A stretch of 64,000 nt of DNA, taken from positions 2,080,001 through 2,144,000 of the forward strand of contig CAXXLZ010000002.1 of assembly GCA_963675595.2 (NCBI GenBank), given 5' to 3'. This document shows, one piece after another, positions 11,983-22,980 of the stretch (its first letter is position 1; every line of letters begins with the position of its first letter). Origin of the DNA: Thermodesulfobacteriota bacterium. Lineage in GTDB: Bacteria; Desulfobacterota; Desulfarculia; JACQYL01. The notes under the pieces are model-generated. The model was not told the DNA's origin. It ran no database searches and saw nothing but the letters and a program-made list of their open reading frames with translations. Position numbers and translations under genes: made by a program.

Positions 11983-12986
11983 GCCCTTTCATCATTCCTC
12001 TTTTCATCCCCCATCTCGGTTGTCCCCACAGGTGCGTTTTCTGCAACCAACACGCCATCACGGGAGCCTCCAATGATATTTCTCTTTTCGCCGACTTCTT
12101 AAGGACCGGCCTGGAATCCCCCAAGGCGCGCGGAAGAAGCGTTCAAGCCGCCTTTTACGGAGGGAATTTTTCCTCCCTCTCCCCATCATTGAAAGACTCG
12201 TTGCTCGGTCTATGCCGGCCTCACCTGGATAAGGGCCTCATCGACTCCATCCGCATTTCCACGCGCCCGGACACCATTAACGAGGACGAAATCCGCTATC
12301 TGGTCGGTCACGGCGTTCGCACGGTGGAATTGGGTGTGCAAAGCATGGACGACCAAGTCCTGGCCGCCGCGCAAAGGGGACATGACGCCCGCTCGGTGGA
12401 ACACGCCGTTTCCCTCCTTCGGAAAGCCAACCTCACCGTGGGCGTACAACTGATGCCCGGCCTGCCGGGGGATACCCGAGAAAAAACCGTGCGCTCCGCC
12501 CGCCTGGCGGCACGCTTGCGACCTCACCTGGCGCGCATTTATCCCACTCTGGTTCTCCGTGACAGCGTTTTGGCCGACCTTCATCAAAAAGGCGCCTATG
12601 TACCCTTGAGTCTGGAGGAGGCCGTGGATTGGACTTCGGAAGTGCTCGACATTTTTGAAACCGCCGGAGTTCGAGTCATCAGGATGGGCCTCCAGGACTC
12701 TCCCTCTCTCCATGCCGAGGGGGAGCTCATTGCAGGCCCGTTTCATCCGGCCTTCGGGGACCTTGTGCGCGCGGCACGCCGTCGGTCCCGTATCGATGCG
12801 CTCCTGGCCGCTCGAAAAGGCGCGGCAGCCGTTCGAATTCGAGTACATCCCAACCTCGCCCACCATGTACGAGGCCGCGGCAGTCGAAATCTGGATGCTT
12901 TCAGGAATCGATGGGACATCGACGAACTTACGCTGGAAACCGACGACGCACTGAACAAGGACGAAATCCGTGTCGAAACGGCCTGA
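11970..12986 (+). CDS. radical SAM protein (Elp3/YhcC-like, rnc-associated)
   Basis: IPLFIPHLGCPHRCVFCNQ CxxxCxxC, STRPD, ELGVQS, AGPFHPAFG. Confidence 0.88.
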   Translation: MAPLSPFIIPLFIPHLGCPHRCVFCNQHAITGASNDISLFADFLRTGLESPKARGRSVQAAFYGGNFSSLSPSLKDSLLGLCRPHLDKGLIDSIRISTRPDTINEDEIRYLVGHGVRTVELGVQSMDDQVLAAAQRGHDARSVEHAVSLLRKANLTVGVQLMPGLPGDTREKTVRSARLAARLRPHLARIYPTLVLRDSVLADLHQKGAYVPLSLEEAVDWTSEVLDIFETAGVRVIRMGLQDSPSLHAEGELIAGPFHPAFGDLVRAARRRSRIDALLAARKGAAAVRIRVHPNLAHHVRGRGSRNLDAFRNRWDIDELTLETDDALNKDEIRVETA

Positions 12987-13869
12987 GATATACAAGTCCG
13001 GCTTTATCGCCCTCATCGGGGCGCCCAATGTGGGTAAGTCCACCTTGCTCAACCGTATTTTGGGCCAGAAGGTTTCCATCACCTCGGCCAAGCCTCAGAC
13101 CACCCGCAACCGGATACTAGGGGTCCGACATTTTCCCGGGGGTCAGATGGTTTTCTTGGATACTCCGGGCATCCATGTCGCCCGCTCCAAGTTAAACCGG
13201 CGTTTGGTCACCACCGCCCACTCCACGCTCAACGAAGTGGATGCCGTGTTCTGGGTTGTGGATGCCTGCCATGCGTGGGGCGAGTCGGAAGCCCTGATCC
13301 TCAGCCTCCTCGAACGTCTAACCACTCCCGTATTCCTGTGCGTCAACAAAATAGACTTGGTGGACGCGCAGACCGTTTCCCGAATCAAAGAAGAATTCGC
13401 GGCCCGAAGACCCTTTCAAGCAATCGCGGCGGTTTCCGCCTTGCGGGGTCCCGGCGTCGAGGGCTTGCTCAAAGAGACCGAAAAAGTGTTGGCGGAAGGG
13501 CCTCCGTACTTCCCCCAGGAGATGATCACCGATCTTTCGGAACGCTTTCTCGCCGGCGAAATCGTGCGGGAAAAAGCCATGAGACTTCTCGGCGAGGAAA
13601 TTCCTTATGCGGTGGCCGTCACCGTGGAAGGATTCAAGGAAAAGCCGGATGGGGGCATGGTGGTCATCCAGACCACCATTCACGTGGAAAGGGATTCCCA
13701 GAAAAGCATCGTCATTGGGAAAAAGGGGAGCATGCTCAAACGAATCGGTACGGATGCGAGAAAAGACCTGGAGAAACTCCTGGGGACCAGAGTCTATCTC
13801 GAGCTGTTCGTACGCGTGCAGGATAAGTGGAGACAAAAAGACCCGCTGATGGATGAATTCGGATACTGA
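12970..13869 (+). CDS. era: GTPase Era
   Basis: GAPNVGKSTL, KPQTTRNRI, DTPG, NKID, KH domain IGKKGSMLK. Confidence 0.98.
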   Translation: MSKRPEIYKSGFIALIGAPNVGKSTLLNRILGQKVSITSAKPQTTRNRILGVRHFPGGQMVFLDTPGIHVARSKLNRRLVTTAHSTLNEVDAVFWVVDACHAWGESEALILSLLERLTTPVFLCVNKIDLVDAQTVSRIKEEFAARRPFQAIAAVSALRGPGVEGLLKETEKVLAEGPPYFPQEMITDLSERFLAGEIVREKAMRLLGEEIPYAVAVTVEGFKEKPDGGMVVIQTTIHVERDSQKSIVIGKKGSMLKRIGTDARKDLEKLLGTRVYLELFVRVQDKWRQKDPLMDEFGY

Positions 13870-14118
13870 AGCCCCATTGGACGACTTCATCAAGGCGGTC
13901 GACGGGGGCCGGCTCAAAAAACGCGTCTGCGGACGCCTCTTTGTGAAGCGGCGTCAATGTTTGTTTCGTGGACGGTCATCCCCGCCGCCGGCAGGTCGGG
14001 TCGGGCACTGATGCCTTCCCTCAAGCCGGATGCGCCGGCCCCTTTCACCAGTCTGAAAAATCCTCCCCGAGATCACGAATTGTGTTACATTCCAAGGATC
14101 ACATTACGACAGCGGGCC

Positions 14119-15069
14119 ATGCGTCAAGTGCAAGAAATCCAAAGTAAATATGATCCTTCAGCAACCATCGTGGTCCATCCCGGAAAGTGCCTGGACTTTC
14201 TACGAACCGTGCCGGACGCGGTTTTTCAACTCATCATCACGTCCCCGCCCTACAACATCGGCAAGGAATACGAGCGAAGGCTCGACCTCCGTGCCTACCT
14301 GGATCAACAGGCCTCCGTGATCCGAGAATGCGTCCGATGCCTCAAGCCGGAAGGGAGTATCTGCTGGCAGGTGGGAAACTACGTGGAGGGAGGGGCGGTA
14401 GTACCCCTGGATACGGTGCTTTACCCCATTTTTACCGACCTGGGGTTACGCATGCGCAATCGCATCGTTTGGCATTTTGAACACGGTCTCCATTGCAGCC
14501 GTCGGTTCTCCGGACGCTACGAAACCGTCATGTGGTTCACCGCCGGCGACGATTATGTGTTCAATCTAGACCCGGTGCGCGTTCCCCAAAAGTATCCCGG
14601 CAAGAAGCACTTCAAAGGGCCCCGGGCGGGGGAATACTCCTGCAACCCGTTGGGCAAGAACCCGGGGGACCTTTGGATCATCCCCAACGTCAAATGCAAC
14701 CACGTGGAAAAGACGGAGCACCCCTGCCAGTTCCCCGTGGAACTCATCGAACGTTTTGTCTTATCCTTGACCCACGAGGGGGATATGGTCTTCGACCCGT
14801 TCCTGGGCGTGGGAACCACGATCATTGCCGCCATTCGGCACGGTCGCCGCGGCCTGGGAACGGAAACCGAATCCAAATACGTCCGACTTGCCCAAGACCG
14901 GATCCGCAGCCAACTCTCGGGCACCCTCCGCACCCGTCCCATGTACAAACCGGTTTACAATCCCAGGACCGCCGGAAATCAGCTCATCCGAGCTCCATGG
15001 AATCCCGATCCAACTTCGCTGGAGGCGCCCCCGTCCGATCGCAGGGAACCGGATGACGGACAACCGTGA
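14119..15069 (+). CDS. site-specific DNA amino-methyltransferase (beta class, probably m4C; BglII/BstYI-type), orphan
   Basis: ITSPPYNIGKEYE (motif IV) before DPFLGVGTT (motif I); HPCQFP; start at ATG 14119 inferred. Confidence 0.88.
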   Translation: MRQVQEIQSKYDPSATIVVHPGKCLDFLRTVPDAVFQLIITSPPYNIGKEYERRLDLRAYLDQQASVIRECVRCLKPEGSICWQVGNYVEGGAVVPLDTVLYPIFTDLGLRMRNRIVWHFEHGLHCSRRFSGRYETVMWFTAGDDYVFNLDPVRVPQKYPGKKHFKGPRAGEYSCNPLGKNPGDLWIIPNVKCNHVEKTEHPCQFPVELIERFVLSLTHEGDMVFDPFLGVGTTIIAAIRHGRRGLGTETESKYVRLAQDRIRSQLSGTLRTRPMYKPVYNPRTAGNQLIRAPWNPDPTSLEAPPSDRREPDDGQP

Positions 15070-15816
15070 AGACGCTCCGGGCTCTGTGGAATGAAAAAGC
15101 CCGGCGGACAATGTCGCCCGACACAGATATAAACCAAACACATCGTGGCTTTTTCCTTGACTCCGCTCAAGCATGCGCCGTTGACCGCTCAAATCGGATA
15201 AACTCGAGGCACCCACGCATTTCTTCATCGTCTCCGAGACCATGATAACGGCCTACTCCCGGTGATCTTCTTCCGACGGGGAGGCTGTACGCCGCGTGCC
15301 CTCTCCTCCCACCAGTGATATCAACCCTTCCAGGTAACCCGACATCCGCACCGATTGTGCGTTCATCTCCTCCGAAGCCCCGGCGTTCTCTTCGGCATTG
15401 GCCGCGTTCCGTTGAACGATCTTGTCTATTTCAGTGATGGCTCCGTTGACCTGTCCGATGCCCCGTACCAGTTCGTTGGAACCCGCGGCGATCTCACCCA
15501 CCAATTGTTCCACCTTTGTGGAGATATCGGATACCTGCATGAAATCGCCATTGGTCCTGGTCACTAATTCCGTACCCTCTTTGACCTTTTTGACCGTGCT
15601 CTCGATAAGAGCGGCCGTGCTTTTGGCCGCGTCCGCGGCCCTCATGGCCAGATTGCGCACTTCGTCGGCCACCACGGCGAATCCGGCGCCCGCCTCTCCC
15701 GCACGAGCGGCTTCAACCGCGGCGTTCAGAGCTAGAAGGTTGGTTTGGAAAGCAACTTCATCAATGTTCTTCACGATCTTCTGAGTCTCTTCGCTCGCTT
15801 TGAAGATATCCTCCAT

Positions 15817-17094
15817 CACAACTGTCCGGTTAAGCGAACAAAAATAGGCCTGAAACAGCCCTTTCGTGCTATATTAGTTTTGCCTGTAACTAATTGAAGC
15901 GAAAGGAGAATCAGGCCATGGCACATGTTAATACTATATTCGCTCAGCTGCTTCAACTGGTTGATAGACATGATTTTCGACGCATTGAGAACCAAGGTTA
16001 TCGGCCTATACAAAAGTATCGAACGCTTGACCGCTGGGAACAGTTTGTTGTGATGATGTTTGCTCAAATCACCACAAGATGTGGCGTTCGGGATATCGTG
16101 AATCAATTCAGGTTTCAGTCGAGAAGGCTTTATCATTTGGGTGCGCGTACGGTGAAGCGTTCCACTCTCGCGGACGCGAACAGCAGCCGTGACGCCGGAT
16201 TTTTCGAAGCCGTTTTCCATCATCAGTACAAAAAGTGCGCGTCCGTAGCCCCGAGGAAGCGATTTCGCTTCAAGAACAAGCTGTACTCCCTGGACGCATC
16301 GGTGGTGGATTTATGCCTGTCGCTCTTTGATTGGGCCAAGTTTCGGACCACCAAGGGCGGCATCAAACTACACACGCTCTTGGACCACGATGGGTACATT
16401 CCCGCTTTCGTACAAGTCTCCGAGGCCAAGAAAGCGGACCTCACCGTAGCCAAGTTGCTTCGGCTGCCTTCGGGCTCCATCGTGGCCATGGATCGCGCAT
16501 ACGTTGATTTCGCCTGGTTTCGGGATCTCAACGAGAACAACATCTCCTTCGTGACTCGGATGAAAAAGAACATCAAGTACCAGGTCGTAAAACGTCATAG
16601 GGTCCTCAAATCCAAAGGAGTAACCTCGGATCAGACTATTATCCTTACCGGCACGAAGGCCAAAGAGTGCCCCATCCCACTGCGACGGGTGGGATATCGG
16701 GATCCTGAAACGAAAAAACATTATGTCTATCTAACCAATATCTTTCGGCTTTCATCAAAAACCATCGCAGATATCTACCGGGACCGGTGGCAGATAGAGC
16801 TGTTTTTCAAGTGGATCAAACAGAACCTTAAGGTCAAAACCTTCTTCGGGACTACTAAAAACGCCGTACTCACTCAGCTCTGGATCGCCCTGATCACCAT
16901 GCTTCTGCTGGCCTACTACAAATTCCTGGCCCGCTTGGGGAACAGTCTCTCTCAAATACTCCGTCTACTCCAATTGAACCTCTTCAACCGACGAAACATA
17001 TGGTGCTTATTTGATCCAGGAACACTAAAACAAACATCTTCACATCAGCAACAATTAACCCTTAATTTCAACTAGTTATAACCGGACAGTAGTG
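15817..17094 (+). mobile_element. IS4-family insertion sequence, 1278 bp, 9-bp target duplication ATCCTCCAT
   Basis: Terminal IRs CACAACTGTCCGGTTA / TAACCGGACAGTAGTG; TSD at 15808-15816 and 17095-17103; lower GC. Confidence 0.95.
15918..17075 (+). CDS. IS4-family DDE transposase (DUF4372 N-terminus)
   Basis: RSTLADAN, DAS, MDRAY, YRDRWQIELFFKWIKQNL; SD AGGAG. Confidence 0.95.
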   Translation: MAHVNTIFAQLLQLVDRHDFRRIENQGYRPIQKYRTLDRWEQFVVMMFAQITTRCGVRDIVNQFRFQSRRLYHLGARTVKRSTLADANSSRDAGFFEAVFHHQYKKCASVAPRKRFRFKNKLYSLDASVVDLCLSLFDWAKFRTTKGGIKLHTLLDHDGYIPAFVQVSEAKKADLTVAKLLRLPSGSIVAMDRAYVDFAWFRDLNENNISFVTRMKKNIKYQVVKRHRVLKSKGVTSDQTIILTGTKAKECPIPLRRVGYRDPETKKHYVYLTNIFRLSSKTIADIYRDRWQIELFFKWIKQNLKVKTFFGTTKNAVLTQLWIALITMLLLAYYKFLARLGNSLSQILRLLQLNLFNRRNIWCLFDPGTLKQTSSHQQQLTLNFN

Positions 17095-19293
17095 ATCCTC
17101 CATGCCTTGCGTCAGTTCCAACATGGATTGGTTGGCCTGAACCACGATCCGGTTGGCTTCCTTCATGATGGTGTCGGCCTGTTGCGCATGTTCCGAGTTC
17201 TGTTTCGTCATGGAGGAAATCTCCTCAATGGATGAGGAGGCCTCCTGAATCGCCGCAGCCTGCTGTGACGTTCCCTCCGCCAGAGACTGCCCTGCCGACG
17301 ACACCTGATCGGAGGAAGACGACACCTGTCCCACACTTTCGGCGAAGCCGGCAATGATGCGGCCGATGGGCCCCGTGATGGAGCGGACGGTATACATGCC
17401 CATCAGAACACCGATCGCAACGGCGGCGATCAAAATATAGAGGAATATGGAAAGGCTGGACACCGCTTTGTTGATGTTACGGTCGATGCTCTCATAGGCG
17501 GCTTGCCTGAATGTCTCCGCTTGCTGACCCAGTTTGGCCGCATCCCGATCCATCTCCTGCACGGCCGAACTTATTTTGTCGTTGATACCAACGATGGCCG
17601 ACACTCCTTGATAATATTCCGATAATAATGTCCCAAGTTCCTCCCTTTTGGAAGCAGGTAATCCGAACGACTCCATTTCATCTTGAAACTCTTCTATTCG
17701 CTTAGCGATTGCTTCCACGTACTTCTTATCACCACGCAAAAGATAATCCTTCTCATGTCGTCGGCACATAAGAATCAATACATGCAACTCGGCGATTCCA
17801 AAGGTCTCGATCAGTTCTTCCACACGATGAGATGCCTCCCTCAGGCTACCTTGTATGCCTTCATTGTATTTCAGTCCGCGCTGCGTCCACAGCTCCACCA
17901 CCTTGCTCAGGTTGGCTCGGTAGTCGTCGATCAACTTAATCGCGGTTTGACATTGACCGCGGAGCTCTTCTTCCCTGGTCTCATCGTGTATATTCATCAG
18001 TAAGGTACTCGCTTCATCCAGATGCCGGTTCGCGATATCGAGAGCCTCCGGATTTTTGTCCAACAGGAACCCCTTTTCCTCCAAACGTGCATTTTTCAAG
18101 TCGGCGAAGATTTGGTTCACCTTTTTCAGGAGCGGAACATCCGTCGTTGAAATCAACGTGGTTCGTTGTGCGGCCTCACGTGACACATACCAACCTACTC
18201 CGGTGGCCAGAGCAGTGACGACGATCATTACACCGAATCCCGCAATCAGCCTTTGTGTGATATTCATCTTGTCCTCTTCCCTGTCCCGGTTCATCGTTGA
18301 CCCACACGCACAAGAAATCGTGGAATTCTTGTTCCGTGCTCGAAATGCCGCCCTTCCGCCGTCCGATCTCAGCTCGCGAGATCAACCCCCGAATGAACGG
18401 TGCCTTTGAATTGGAGAAATGATGATGCCAAGAGGTGATTTGAACGACCGATAAGCACGCCCTCAACCGATCATGAGTTTCACAGCGGGCTCATCCGGCA
18501 GTCGAATCGCCCGTGATCCGTTCCGAAATGGAATCATCATGGGCAAAGGGAAGAAACGATCAGATGCAACTTGAAGCGGTGGTTTACGAGAGGAGCGTGA
18601 GTCTGAACAATCCGGCCCGGGCGTCTTCATGGTCCCGACACCACGACGATGGTCCGTCGAGCATTCGGCCACGTCCGTCCTAATACAACTTTTGTGAATG
18701 GTGGAAATTCCCTTCCGAAACCAACCCCGGCCGGTTCGTCCGGGAACGGCCCGGAATGCTCGGATACCGAAAGCCGCCGATGTACTCCGGCATGGCTTCA
18801 ACTTCCCCCCGTTGTTCTCCTATCTGAAGTCCGGCGCAATTTCCAGGCGTTACTGCCGGAAATTGTGTATGAAAGCCAAGAAGATAATGCCGTTTCCATT
18901 AAACGCCGCGTCTGGGAAAATTTCAACTCAAAATTGCATTACCCCATAGGGAAAAGGGCGGCGGGAAGGCAAGATTGCAGGCAAGAAAACGATAGACAGG
19001 CAAAAGGGAAAATCGAAGGCCCGCCCGGAGGGCATATTCCAGAAAACACGCCGGGCGACTATCGGTGGGTTTACAGGCGGGCGGCTTTCCGGCCGTTGCC
19101 GCAACAGTCTCCAAATCGGCCCGCCGTCTCGTGTCGCCACAAACAAGGCGGGCCCGATGGTCGAAATCCAACGGCCCGTTGAAAATGTCGGATTATTGCA
19201 GTCTGTTGAGAAATGACGAGATGCAAGGGCGCACATCCCGAGAAACGAGGCGTACATGGAAGTACGTCGCAAACCGCGTCTTTCAACGGTCTG

Positions 19294-20022
19294 CTAAGCG
19301 GCCTTTCCACCCCTCCTCAAGAAGAAGACACCCGCCGCGCCCAGCAGCAGCGCGAAGCAACCCACCCCCCACGGTGTCACCGTGGGCACGGTTGCGGGCA
19401 CGAACTTCTCCGCCGCCACGCTTGCAGGGGGTTCGTAATCCCGGACCGCCCAGACATAATCCGGACCGCCGGTCTTGTCCTCGTGGTCCAGACTGCAGCT
19501 TCCGATGCTGACATCCCAGGCTTGAGTCGTGTCATTAGCGTACGTGGAGGACGACCAGTACCAATTCGTGGCCACATTGGTGAACGGATGTCCGGACGGC
19601 AAGGCCGGGTTGATCTCACCGTAATCGAGCAGGCTGATCAGTTCCTTGCGGTTGGGAAGCCGCCAATCGGTGTGATGAGAGCCTTCGTTGCCCACGTCCT
19701 CGCAGTCGTTTCCGTTCATGGTGCCGGTGGTGTTCAGCTCATCGATGTAGGTGAAGGCCCCCAACCAATCCACTTGGTTTTGGGCGCAGTCGGCGTTCCT
19801 GAGCCACATCAGGTTCGTCAGATGATCGATAATCGTGCCGTCGCCGTTGTCCGTGAATCTGGGAGACGGCCACGCTTTCCCCAGCTGATTGTCGCCGTCG
19901 TCTCCGCTCGTATAGACCGTGCTTTGCCCCGTCTTCCAGAGATCGACGGCCGCATGGGAGTCAATCGAAAATGAGCAAAGCATCAAACCGCAAATGAGTA
20001 CCGCCGGAAACGTTCTCAGCAT
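19294..20022 (-). CDS. secreted DUF1566 (Lcl-C) domain protein with IPTL-CTERM-like tail
   Basis: Signal peptide; RFTDNGDGTIIDHLTNLMW, DWRLPNRKEL, YWSSST; tail VPTVTPWG-TM-RR. Confidence 0.85.
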   Translation of the reverse strand: MLRTFPAVLICGLMLCSFSIDSHAAVDLWKTGQSTVYTSGDDGDNQLGKAWPSPRFTDNGDGTIIDHLTNLMWLRNADCAQNQVDWLGAFTYIDELNTTGTMNGNDCEDVGNEGSHHTDWRLPNRKELISLLDYGEINPALPSGHPFTNVATNWYWSSSTYANDTTQAWDVSIGSCSLDHEDKTGGPDYVWAVRDYEPPASVAAEKFVPATVPTVTPWGVGCFALLLGAAGVFFLRRGGKAA

Positions 20023-20142
20023 CTCCCTCTCCTTGTCTTGTATCCTTCTCCTCCGGTCTGATCGGACCGTCGAAAATGCAGTCCGCAGCGTCGCGCTTCA
20101 GTCCCCGCCCGTCATCAAGGTGCGTAATGTCCGTGCGCGCGA

Positions 20143-20781
20143 CTATTGTCCGCCGCCCCGCACCGCCCAATAGTATCGTGAGGTGGACGCCTTGTCCTCA
20201 TGGCGAATACGGCCCTCGGTGATCTGCACCGTCCAGGCGTGCTCCCGGTCGTCGCCCGCGTCCGTCTGATAGGTGGTGGACGACCAGTAGCGCTCAACGA
20301 AACCGCCCACGTTATAGGGCACGTTGGTGAAGCCCCGGGTGTTGAGCCATTGACCGATATTGGGTTGGCTCAAGTCGAGCAGGCTTACCAGTTCGAGCAC
20401 ATTGGGAACGCGCCAGTCGGTTTGATGGGAGCCCCCGTTACTGGTGTCGTTGCAGTTGTTCCCGTTCATGGTGCCCGACGTGTTCAACTCATTGACATAG
20501 GTAAAAGCCGTCGGCCAGTCTCCGGTGGACTGCGCGCAATTTCCGTTTTTCAGCCAGATGCGGTTGGTCAGGTTGTCGGTGACGGTACCGTTCAAGTTGT
20601 CGGTAAAGCGTGGAGAGGGCCAAGCCACGCCTTTCTGCAGTGCGCCGTCGTCGCCCGTGGTGTAGGACTGGGTCTGGCCGGTGGCGGGGAGTTGGATCGA
20701 ATCCTGCGCCCAAAGCGGTGAAGCCAACAAAAGAACAGCCAGTGAAACGATCGGAAAAAGCATCCGGATTCGTAGATTCAT
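20143..20781 (-). CDS. secreted DUF1566 (Lcl-C) domain protein
   Basis: Signal peptide; TGQ...GDDG...WPSPRFTDNLNGTVTDNLT, DWRVPNVLEL, YWSSTT; SD AGGAG. Confidence 0.85.
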   Translation of the reverse strand: MNLRIRMLFPIVSLAVLLLASPLWAQDSIQLPATGQTQSYTTGDDGALQKGVAWPSPRFTDNLNGTVTDNLTNRIWLKNGNCAQSTGDWPTAFTYVNELNTSGTMNGNNCNDTSNGGSHQTDWRVPNVLELVSLLDLSQPNIGQWLNTRGFTNVPYNVGGFVERYWSSTTYQTDAGDDREHAWTVQITEGRIRHEDKASTSRYYWAVRGGGQ

Positions 20782-21102
20782 TGTTCTCCTCGCCGTTGAA
20801 GTTGAAAGCAGCATCGGTCCGGTTATGGAGTTCCCGGAGAACCGTCGAAACGATCGGCCGACTAAAGGGACAACTGGGCAGTACTATGGATAATTTCGAT
20901 CATCATTGGTCCGGGAAGGCGGTACGGCATCAAATAATAGACAAGAAAGGCGAGGAAGTCCAAGGAAATATAGGGAAGCAATGCCGATGATGGGAAAACG
21001 TTTTTCGCGTCCCGCCGGATTCGGGAGCACTCACCCCTCACAGCCGGCGGATCGACCGGGGCGCCGGATTTCGGGCCGGCGATTGTCAAAAAGAATTCTC
21101 TT

Positions 21103-22467
21103 TTATGCCTTACGCATTTTCCTTGCCGAGCCCCATGCCTGAGCGGCGGCTTGGGCCGGGTCCCAGGGAGCGCCCAAGGGAGGCGTGTAGCTCAAATCCA
21201 GGTCGTTGAGCGCCTCCACATCCATTCCGTGAAACAGGCACGCGGCGAACACGTCGATACGCTTGGCGATTTCACTCTCCCGACGGCCCAAGAGCTGTAC
21301 GCCCAACAACCGGCCGGTTTCCCGGTCCCCCGTCAACCGGATCTGCAGATTCCGGGCTCCCGGATAATACGCTTTGTGGTCCGGGCATTCGGTTTCCACG
21401 GTCAACGGGCGCCAACCGGCCACCGATGCCTCGGATTCCATCAGTCCGGTTCGGGCGGCCACCAGGTCGAACACCTGCACTACCTGGGTCCCCAGGGACC
21501 CCGCGAATTCACGGGCGCCTCCGGCGGCGTTCTCCCCGGCCACCCGACCCTGCTTATGGGCCGTGGTCCCCAAAGGCAGATACACGGGCTTTTCCAGTAT
21601 TCGGTGATACGCCTCCACACAGTCGCCCGCGGCGTAGACTCCGGGTAGTCCGGTCTCCATACGTCGATTCACGCGAACCGCCTTCGCCGCTCCCAAATCC
21701 GCACCGGCTTGGGCCGCCAATTCGCTGTTGGGACGAGCGCCCACGGCGACCAGGACCATGTCCGCTTCCACGCGCCTGTTCCGTTCGTCCAATACCACGA
21801 GCCTCTCTCCGGAGCGTTCCACCCCTTTGGGCGTCATCCCTTGGACCGGCCGCACGCCGTGCTTTTCCAATTCTTCATCCACCAGACGGGACAGAGACGG
21901 GTCCAGGGTTTTTCTCAAGGTCCCGGAACGCTGAATCAACGTGACTTGAATGCCTCTGCGCGTCAGGGCGTCGGCGGTCTCCAGGCCGATATAGCCCGAA
22001 CCGATAACCGCCGCGGAACGGGGAGAGCGTTCCTTCAGAAAGTTCAGACAGGCAAGGCCGTCTTCCATCCATCGCAGAAAAAAGACGCCGGGCAGATCGA
22101 GGCCTTCCACGGGCGGTTTCACGGAGAGGGCCCCGGTGGCCAGGATAAGCCGATCATAGGGCAGGTCGAAGTTCCCTCCGTCCGCGTCGGACACCGTCAC
22201 GGTTCGGCGCGTCGCGTCCACCGACCGGGCTTTGCACCCGAGACGCAAACGCATCCCGGTGGCCTCGAGTTCCTCCCGGGTGCGGTGCGCCAATGACCTC
22301 CAGTCGGTCACCTCTCCGCTGAGCAGAAACGGCAATCCGCAAATACTGAAATTGGGGAACCGGTCCGACACCAGGACCGTGACTTCCATATCCGGACGAA
22401 GCTCCAGACTACGCAACGCCGCGCTGATGCCGGCGTCGCTTCCTCCGATGACCACGAGTCGATCCAT
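21103..22467 (-). CDS. FAD-dependent pyridine nucleotide-disulfide oxidoreductase (CoA-disulfide reductase/NADH oxidase-like)
   Basis: IGGSDAG, NFSICGLP (redox Cys), ATGA, GSGYIGLE, AAGDC, DLSYTPP. Confidence 0.9.
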   Translation of the reverse strand: MDRLVVIGGSDAGISAALRSLELRPDMEVTVLVSDRFPNFSICGLPFLLSGEVTDWRSLAHRTREELEATGMRLRLGCKARSVDATRRTVTVSDADGGNFDLPYDRLILATGALSVKPPVEGLDLPGVFFLRWMEDGLACLNFLKERSPRSAAVIGSGYIGLETADALTRRGIQVTLIQRSGTLRKTLDPSLSRLVDEELEKHGVRPVQGMTPKGVERSGERLVVLDERNRRVEADMVLVAVGARPNSELAAQAGADLGAAKAVRVNRRMETGLPGVYAAGDCVEAYHRILEKPVYLPLGTTAHKQGRVAGENAAGGAREFAGSLGTQVVQVFDLVAARTGLMESEASVAGWRPLTVETECPDHKAYYPGARNLQIRLTGDRETGRLLGVQLLGRRESEIAKRIDVFAACLFHGMDVEALNDLDLSYTPPLGAPWDPAQAAAQAWGSARKMRKA

Positions 22468-22487
22468 GCCTCACTCCGGCCCACGGT

Positions 22488-22940
22488 TTACTTCAGGGTT
22501 TCAACCCACTCTTCCACCCGGGCCTTGATTTCGTCCCTGACGTGCCGGGTCTGTTCCAACACCTCTTCATGGGTGCCTTGAAACCTGGAGGGGTCGGCAA
22601 AGGATCGATGAATCCTCGAGGCGATGCCGGGAAATACGGGGCACTCCCCCTCCGCTCCGTCATCGCATACCGTGATCACGTGGTCGAAGAGCCTGCCCTG
22701 CTTGAAGAACTCGAAAACGCTTTTTGATCTGTTTTTCGACAAGTCGTATCCGATTTCCTTCATGACCTCGATGACTACCGGATTCACGGGGCCGGGTTCG
22801 AAACCCGCGCTCTCCGCCACAAACCTCCCTTTCCCGAGGGCGTTCATGAACGCTTCCCCCATCTGGCTCCTGGCCGAGTTGTGCGTGCAGATGAACAATA
22901 CCCGAACTCCGTCTTTCATGCGTTCCTCCACAATATCCAC
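22488..22940 (-). CDS. arsC: arsenate reductase, LMW-PTP/thioredoxin-coupled type
   Basis: LFICTHNSARSQM P-loop, VITVCD, ECPVFPG, DP. Confidence 0.9.
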   Translation of the reverse strand: MDIVEERMKDGVRVLFICTHNSARSQMGEAFMNALGKGRFVAESAGFEPGPVNPVVIEVMKEIGYDLSKNRSKSVFEFFKQGRLFDHVITVCDDGAEGECPVFPGIASRIHRSFADPSRFQGTHEEVLEQTRHVRDEIKARVEEWVETLK

Positions 22941-22980
22941 GTTTCAATAGAGAAGACCGGCGCCGGCTTTTGAAGGGTTT

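Larger units (their letters stand above)
15253..18267 (-). pseudogene. methyl-accepting chemotaxis protein disrupted by IS4 element
   Basis: N-part has two TMs and a periplasmic domain; C-part has AFQTNLLALNAAVEAARAGEAGAGFAVVADEVRNLA; removing the IS and one TSD copy rejoins ...TQGMED/IFKASEET in frame. Confidence 0.93.

Noticed and set aside
18300-19290. About 1-kb intergenic region upstream of the MCP: riboswitch (e.g. c-di-GMP) or small ORFs
   Set aside because: No recognisable riboswitch consensus by eye and the track ORFs lack motifs; an Infernal/Rfam scan would be needed.
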